NCBI GenBank assembly: GCA_963773065.1 | Contig: CAVYZN010000008.1 | Location: 32,001-96,000, forward strand | DNA from: an uncultured Gammaproteobacteria bacterium | GTDB taxonomy: Bacteria > Pseudomonadota > Gammaproteobacteria > UBA9214 | Reading direction: 5' to 3' | DNA: 64,000 nt | Shown: positions 58,610-64,000 of the stretch, piece after piece | How the letters are laid out: every line of letters starts with the position of its first letter | Position numbering within the stretch: position 1 is the first letter of the stretch | Made by a program: the position numbers and the translations under genes | Notes under the pieces: generated by a model | Seen by the model: only the letters and a program-made list of their open reading frames with translations | Databases searched by the model: none | Told to the model about the DNA's origin: nothing

Positions 58610-59549
58610 GCAACAATATCCAAGAAACGGAGCAGTTCGGAGATTGCGCGGTCGTTGGTTCTGGCCACAGCCTCATTCGTATTGGAAGCATTGTGCGAAC
58701 CGAAGATGCAGTATGGTATTTCTCTCAAGGGAGAATCTGATGGTAGCGGTTCCACTTCGAAAACATCCAGGGCTGCTGAACGAACCTGGTCGGACCTTAA
58801 AGCATCAATCAAGGCTTGCTCGTCCACTAACCCCCCCCTCGCAACATTCACCACCCTAACACCCCGCTTGCAACGAGCCAGCGTCTCTCGATTCAGCATA
58901 TGGCGGTTACCTTCATTCAACGAGCAGGTTAGGATGATGAAGTCACATATCTCCACTTCTTTTGGCCACTCTACAATACGAATGCCGTCCATCTGTCTCG
59001 CTGGCGCATAGGCCGGGTCGTAGCAGATAACCTTCATATCTGCTGCGAGAAGACGCTTTGCCAGATTCCTGCCGATATCACCGTAGCCCACAAGGCCCAC
59101 CCATTTATCTGCCAAAGATATCCCTCGGTATTTTGGCCATCTGCCGCGTCTGATTTCATGATCGATCAGGAATGTTTCCCTTGCCAGCCCGATGACATAA
59201 CCAATCGCGATATCAGCCACCTCTCTGCCAAACATATTGGGTGTATTAGTTATTGGAATGCCAAGGTTCCTGCATGCTTCGAAGTCGACATTATCAACCC
59301 CGATACCCCATTTCACTGCCGCCTTCAGGTGGCCATGCTTACCTGCTTCAAAGACACGCCTACGTTGCCGGATCATCCCCAATGATCCAGGCATCATATT
59401 TTGGCACCAACTCAATTAATTCATCCTCCGACAACACTTGGACAACATCCGGACAATATGCCTTGATACCCAAAGGTCTCCAAATAGGGCAAATATTGCT
59501 CTTTCGTATGCAACATCGGCGGGCACGTAATTAACAATTCACAACCCAT
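58606..59549 (-). CDS. D-2-hydroxyacid (phosphoglycerate-dehydrogenase-like) dehydrogenase, frameshifted
   Basis: LLITCPPML start, KWGIGVDNVD, GYGDIG, VNVARG, LDVFEVEPL, GSHN.SNT. Confidence 0.85.
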
Positions 59550-59587
59550 GGCACGGTTTTCCCTCGAAATCAACACGGTACCTTTTT

Positions 59588-60463
59588 CTAAGTAAATCTT
59601 ATAAACGAGTTACTATACTCATCGTTAATCGCAATGAAATTACCCCAGGAACTCGGGTCTTCAGTTTCACACGGATATCTCTTGATGCTTCTCCATGAAT
59701 GCTCGATTCCGTATCGCTCGATCGGGTACCATTCACTCATAAATACATCATAACCATGGTCAAGCAAGTAATTGCCAAGGTCTTTATACGTGTATCCGAT
59801 TTTCATCGTTTTGTTATCTTCAAATTCACATAAAACGACTTTTGGAGACAATTGTTCAAGCGTGCATCCTTTTAACACATTCAAATCATTATCCTTCCGT
59901 ATCCACTTTAATAAAGTCTATTATTCCAAGCGATTTATCTTTTACAAATCTGTTGAGCGTTCTGGTTTTTACCTTTTTTACCTCACGGTGTCCTTGAGTG
60001 AACGGCAACAATGACGAAATCCCAGTTGATTCATTGCTTACATAGAAGGAAAGTTCATGATCATCCACATCGGAAACAGCGAGGTCATACACGTGAAAGG
60101 TGGAGAATGTTTTTTCCAGATTGTGCAGTCTATTAAGCTTATTAGCATCGGGGTCAGGTTCAAAAGCATATACTGTCCAGCCAAGCATAAGAAATGGTCG
60201 CGCTGATTCGCCAAAGTGTGAACCGACGTCTAACATTATCCCCCTGTTACCAGTCTTCTTGAACAAAAGAAAACGAGTATAAGTTCATCGTATTTTCTAT
60301 TGATTTGATATTTAAGGTGCTTGTAATAAGCGCAATACAACCACTGTTTACTATTGAAATTTATCAAGGATAATCCCCTAGGGCCAGAAGCAGCGATGAT
60401 GCAGCCTTGCCAGTTCTTGATACGGTGTAATACCTCCCAAAGCCATATTCGATACTTCGGCAT
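59588..60463 (-). CDS. FkbM-family methyltransferase, frameshifted
   Basis: MLDVGSHFG, YAFEP, IDFIKVDTEG; start uncertain. Confidence 0.75.
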
Positions 60464-60479
60464 TGTACCGCCAGTATTA

Positions 60480-60740
60480 TTGTGTTTCCATTTCCTGGGC
60501 ATACTCAATGGAAACGAACAGGTATGATCGGCCATACATGCCGCACGTTCCGGTTGACAGCTCAACATGCGCATTCGGCTGCGGCTTGCCTTGCTGAATG
60601 TAAGGCAATTGGATGCCCTGTCTTGTCCCCCCACGCCATGAGTTGACCGCTAAGGTATCCGGGCCATTGTCATAGCGCATGGCTTCCGGTTTATCACGGC
60701 ATCGATGATACGCTCAAATATCCGGATAACACGGGCCGGC
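60480..60740 (-). mobile_element. IS3-family transposase remnant
   Basis: KPEAMRYDNGP, IQLPYIQQGKPQPNAHVE resemble the DNGPEF / IQPGKP.QNA.IE motifs of IS3 OrfB; degraded. Confidence 0.7.
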
Positions 60741-60896
60741 ACTGGTATATCTAGATTTGCGGGAGGTCAATAGTTACACCCAGACTCATGAAACACCCCA
60801 GGTCATGTTCCGGTAGTACGACATTTCTGTGAAGGATACCGTTTGTGTACCCTCGCTTGCTTCGCAGGAAGCAACCAATTGATAGGTACTGTCTCA

Positions 60897-61580
60897 TTAT
60901 TGCGGAGAAATCCCGTATCTTAGCAACGCTTCAGCCATCACCCAATCATCCTCTTCGTCGATATCAATGGACTCAAGACGTCGTACCTGATACATCATCG
61001 GCCTTTCCCCGATCCTGGCATTGGTTTTCAGAAAACTTTCCCTAGTAAAAATATACAGACATGAGTTTTCCTCATACCAGGGTTCCAGATCCTGGGTGCG
61101 CACAAGGTTTTCCGGATCATGATTAACCGGTGACAAATCTGCACGATAGAAGCGTGTTTGGTACCTGTTGACAGTGAACAGGGAATCTATGCCATCGGTT
61201 ATTGTAAACGTATCAAGAGCATCCCTGATTGTAGCTGCACTCAGTAATGGGTTGGTGGTATGGGTCATAAGATAGAGTTCTGACGGTTCCGCCTCGAGAT
61301 CATCCCTCAGGATGAGATTCATGCTGGTAAAATCACCACACAATTCTCCTTGCGATCACGTATATGGACCCTCATTCCTTCGGTCAAGACCATGCTCTTG
61401 CAGGATATGCCTGGCATCGGTATTGATCACAATCAAATCGACAGCTTCAAGCGACATCAAGGTATCTAGCACCCAGCGAAAAAGGGGTTTACCAGCAAGT
61501 ATACGAAAATTCTTGCCCGTAACCCTCTCGCTGTGCGCCTTCATCGGGAGCAGTGCTACGACTCTCTTTCCTTGATACAC
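60897..61580 (-). CDS. Acylneuraminate cytidylyltransferase-family (NeuA/KdsB-like) protein, frameshift near 61360
   Basis: ALLPMKAHSERV.GKN.R.LAGKPL, TH.TNPL, RTQDLEP.YEENS, SIDID.EDD. Confidence 0.85.
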
Positions 61581-61591
61581 AACAACCCCCT

Positions 61592-62497
61592 TTAGTTTTT
61601 CGGGTAGAAGTATTTTTCCTTATTTCTCGCAGACAGCTTCCGGTGCATGTGATTACCTTTATAGGTCCCCCAGTACTGCATCAGGCGAAAGAGTAGGATG
61701 TTCTTGAACTCACTCAGCAGGACACGGTTCTCGGTCGCTTCGCGACAGTCATGCAGAACAGCGGCCGAATAATAACGTAGGATATCAACAATGCTTAATT
61801 GCAATTCAGGCATTATCTTCTGCAAGGCCCGGGATTCACGTTCATAGCGGTATTTTATGTTCCTCCAGTTTTCATTGTGTATGTGGTAAACGCTCGCCTC
61901 TGCAACATAGGCAATAGACTTATTGCCCTCCACCAAACGTTTCGCCAGATGCATATCTTCAAGCCCCGTTAGTTCTTCGTCAAACCGGTACCGTTGCCAT
62001 TCCTTTCTAAGGAGAGCCGCATTGGCGTTATTGCAGAAATAACCATCCTGAGGAATCTGACTGAGTGGGGGGTAGTATTTTTCGAAAACCCTATACTCAC
62101 TGAATTTGGATGTATCACGCCCGATTTGTCGACCATAGGTAAACACCGCATCTCCCTCAATGAGCGGCTTAATCAACCTGGAGAGCCAGACATTATTCAC
62201 GGGAATACAATGCCCACTGATAAATGCCAATATCTCGCCACTTGCCATGTCGCAGCCATGATTCAGCGATCGACCGAAGGTGAAATCCTTTTTACTGATA
62301 TGCGTGATTCTGCAATTGTATGCTTCGGCGATGGGAAGTGTCCTGTCTGTCGATCCGGAGTCGACGATAATTATTTCTGTTTCCGAATAGGGTATTTCCT
62401 GGGCTTTGATGGCATTGAGAAGCTCCTGCAAATAACGCTCTTCGTTGTAGGTTCTGATGATGATGCTTATCAACACAGCCAGAACTCCTGGACTCAT
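61592..62497 (-). CDS. GT2 family glycosyltransferase
   Basis: SIIIRTYNE, IVDSGSTD.T, FTFGRSLN.G, FDEELTGLED. Confidence 0.88.
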   Translation of the reverse strand: MSPGVLAVLISIIIRTYNEERYLQELLNAIKAQEIPYSETEIIIVDSGSTDRTLPIAEAYNCRITHISKKDFTFGRSLNHGCDMASGEILAFISGHCIPVNNVWLSRLIKPLIEGDAVFTYGRQIGRDTSKFSEYRVFEKYYPPLSQIPQDGYFCNNANAALLRKEWQRYRFDEELTGLEDMHLAKRLVEGNKSIAYVAEASVYHIHNENWRNIKYRYERESRALQKIMPELQLSIVDILRYYSAAVLHDCREATENRVLLSEFKNILLFRLMQYWGTYKGNHMHRKLSARNKEKYFYPKN

Positions 62498-63264
62498 TTA
62501 CAATACAAGATTTCCAGTTTGAACTCCGGCTTTAGCATGTTATAGAGCAATTCAATTTCCTCAGGAAATACTCTATTGATCTCAAACATATCCCAGTGTG
62601 TCGGTACCAGTGTTTTTGCACCGATTGATTCAGCCAGATAAAATGCCTCGCGTATCGACATATTGCCAATCACCCTCTGCTTGTCCTTGCAGTAATTTCT
62701 TTCATTGACTGGCAGAAATGCAATGTCAATATGACCGCGACTTATAACTGCTTCTATTATTTCATCGCAAAGCGAGGTATCACCGGCATGATAAAGCCGG
62801 TAACCCAGGTATTCGAAAATGTAGCCGATTGCAGCCCAGCCACCACCGTCGATGAGTTCAATTTCCGGGTGCGAAGAAGGTACCGGGTAGATGACGAGTT
62901 CCGGGCACACCGTGACGGGTGCTTCCCTGACAGCAACCAACCTGCTTTCAGCTATACCGGCTTTCCTTAATTTGATGCAAACGGGAACGGGGCCGATGAA
63001 TACAGCCCGAGGAGATGACTGCGACACCGCCAGAAGCGTATCCTCGTCGCAGTGATCCCTATGCGCGTGGGTAATAAATACGCAGCCTGCATCATCTATT
63101 CTTTCAGGCAGGACCGGGACTGGCAATAATCGTCGCATATGACTGTCTTCCTTTTCCTGAACCGAGTTAGATAGGTAAGGATCTATATAAACCACACGCC
63201 CGCCAAACTGGTAGCGGTAACCAACCTGGCCCAATGGTCGAATCTTGATATCAGGTTTTTGCAT
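62494..63264 (-). CDS. MBL-fold metallo-hydrolase (UlaG-like)
   Basis: IDPYLS, THAHRDHCD, YHAGDT, VPTHWDMF. Confidence 0.85.
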   Translation of the reverse strand: MQKPDIKIRPLGQVGYRYQFGGRVVYIDPYLSNSVQEKEDSHMRRLLPVPVLPERIDDAGCVFITHAHRDHCDEDTLLAVSQSSPRAVFIGPVPVCIKLRKAGIAESRLVAVREAPVTVCPELVIYPVPSSHPEIELIDGGGWAAIGYIFEYLGYRLYHAGDTSLCDEIIEAVISRGHIDIAFLPVNERNYCKDKQRVIGNMSIREAFYLAESIGAKTLVPTHWDMFEINRVFPEEIELLYNMLKPEFKLEILYCK

Positions 63265-64000
63265 AGTTGAGGATACATACAGTTCCGGTCATAACGGCCA
63301 GCCAGGGCAGCATCACATTCCTTTCATAGGTAAAAAAACTCAGATTGAACGCGCGGTATGAATACCCTGAACAATACCACGCATAAAAACCAAGGTATCC
63401 GATCACCAATGCCATCGGGAAGGCATATACATCAATGACGGGATACAGCACTATGCTCAACGAGAGCATGATAACTCCGGTAATCCCGTTAGCGATGTGC
63501 CACACAATATGATTAGTGATGCTATAAAGTTGGATGTGCATGGCGCCAAACCGTTCAAAGAACAGGCCGAAACCGAGCAATGACCACATCATCGTGTCAG
63601 GAAATTCCACATTACTCCGCATGAACGTCAATAGGCTATCTGAGAACCAGCCGACGAGAAAAAACCCCGCGGTAAACACGAGGTAAGCCATTCGCATACC
63701 TTCTTTTGCAAAAGAGATTATTTCGCCCGTCCTGTGACTCGCATACAATCTAGCGAAAACCGGCAACTTGGTATAGAAAGGTGCTTGGGAGAAGGAACTG
63801 ATTGTGCGGATTAGCTGTAATCCAAGTAAATATGAAGCTACCGAGCTAGCTTGTCCAAGCTGTGCGTAGATAATGCCGCTCAGTTGTATCAACCCAGCAG
63901 ACATCAGCACCCCTACACCTGATCTAAGGGCAGTTGGCCAGACTACTAACCACACAGTCTGCATATCCTCTGCAGTTATGTTGTTACACTCTAACTTTGC
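63251..64000 (-). CDS. Wzx-like polysaccharide flippase (5' part outside window)
   Basis: Multi-TM C-terminal half within a glycan gene cluster. Confidence 0.65.
   Translation of the reverse strand, partial: AKLECNNITAEDMQTVWLVVWPTALRSGVGVLMSAGLIQLSGIIYAQLGQASSVASYLLGLQLIRTISSFSQAPFYTKLPVFARLYASHRTGEIISFAKEGMRMAYLVFTAGFFLVGWFSDSLLTFMRSNVEFPDTMMWSLLGFGLFFERFGAMHIQLYSITNHIVWHIANGITGVIMLSLSIVLYPVIDVYAFPMALVIGYLGFYAWYCSGYSYRAFNLSFFTYERNVMLPWLAVMTGTVCILNYAKT

Overview
Chromosomal segment of a GC-rich gammaproteobacterium (taxon inferred from gene content only), in three parts. (1) 1-20.4 kb is a decayed accessory island ending at the 3' end of tRNA-Lys(TTT). It has a headless tyrosine integrase, a Y1/HUH (RAYT-like) transposase bounded by GGGGTCAG-type inverted repeats, related stand-alone hairpins, redox/detox cargo (cNMP-TrxB-like protein plus UBP-type Zn finger, MacAB-OMF efflux, zwf, msrA, non-heme haloperoxidase, nitronate monooxygenase, RidA, SDRs, ADH, cytochrome P460-like) and many truncated genes. 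(2) 20.5-52 kb is core genome: queCE, cpoB-pal-tolBARQ-ybgC, ruvBAC, yebC, nudB, aspS, an ATM1-type ABC exporter, clpB, a ZIP transporter, pgeF, rluD, bamD, nadE, sucDC, pilSR. (3) 52-64 kb is pilA with a GT-C membrane glycosyltransferase and GT2s, facing an AT-richer glycan cluster (Wzx, cytidylyltransferase, DUF115/Maf-like, dehydrogenases, FkbM). Many genes, including essential ones such as aspS, are split by single-base indels, most likely assembly errors. The most unusual signal is a 48-nt structured repeat with ANGGA hairpin loops (one copy matches the CsrA consensus exactly). It occurs intergenically and as a near in-frame tandem insertion in clpB. Nested miniature inverted-repeat elements are also present.
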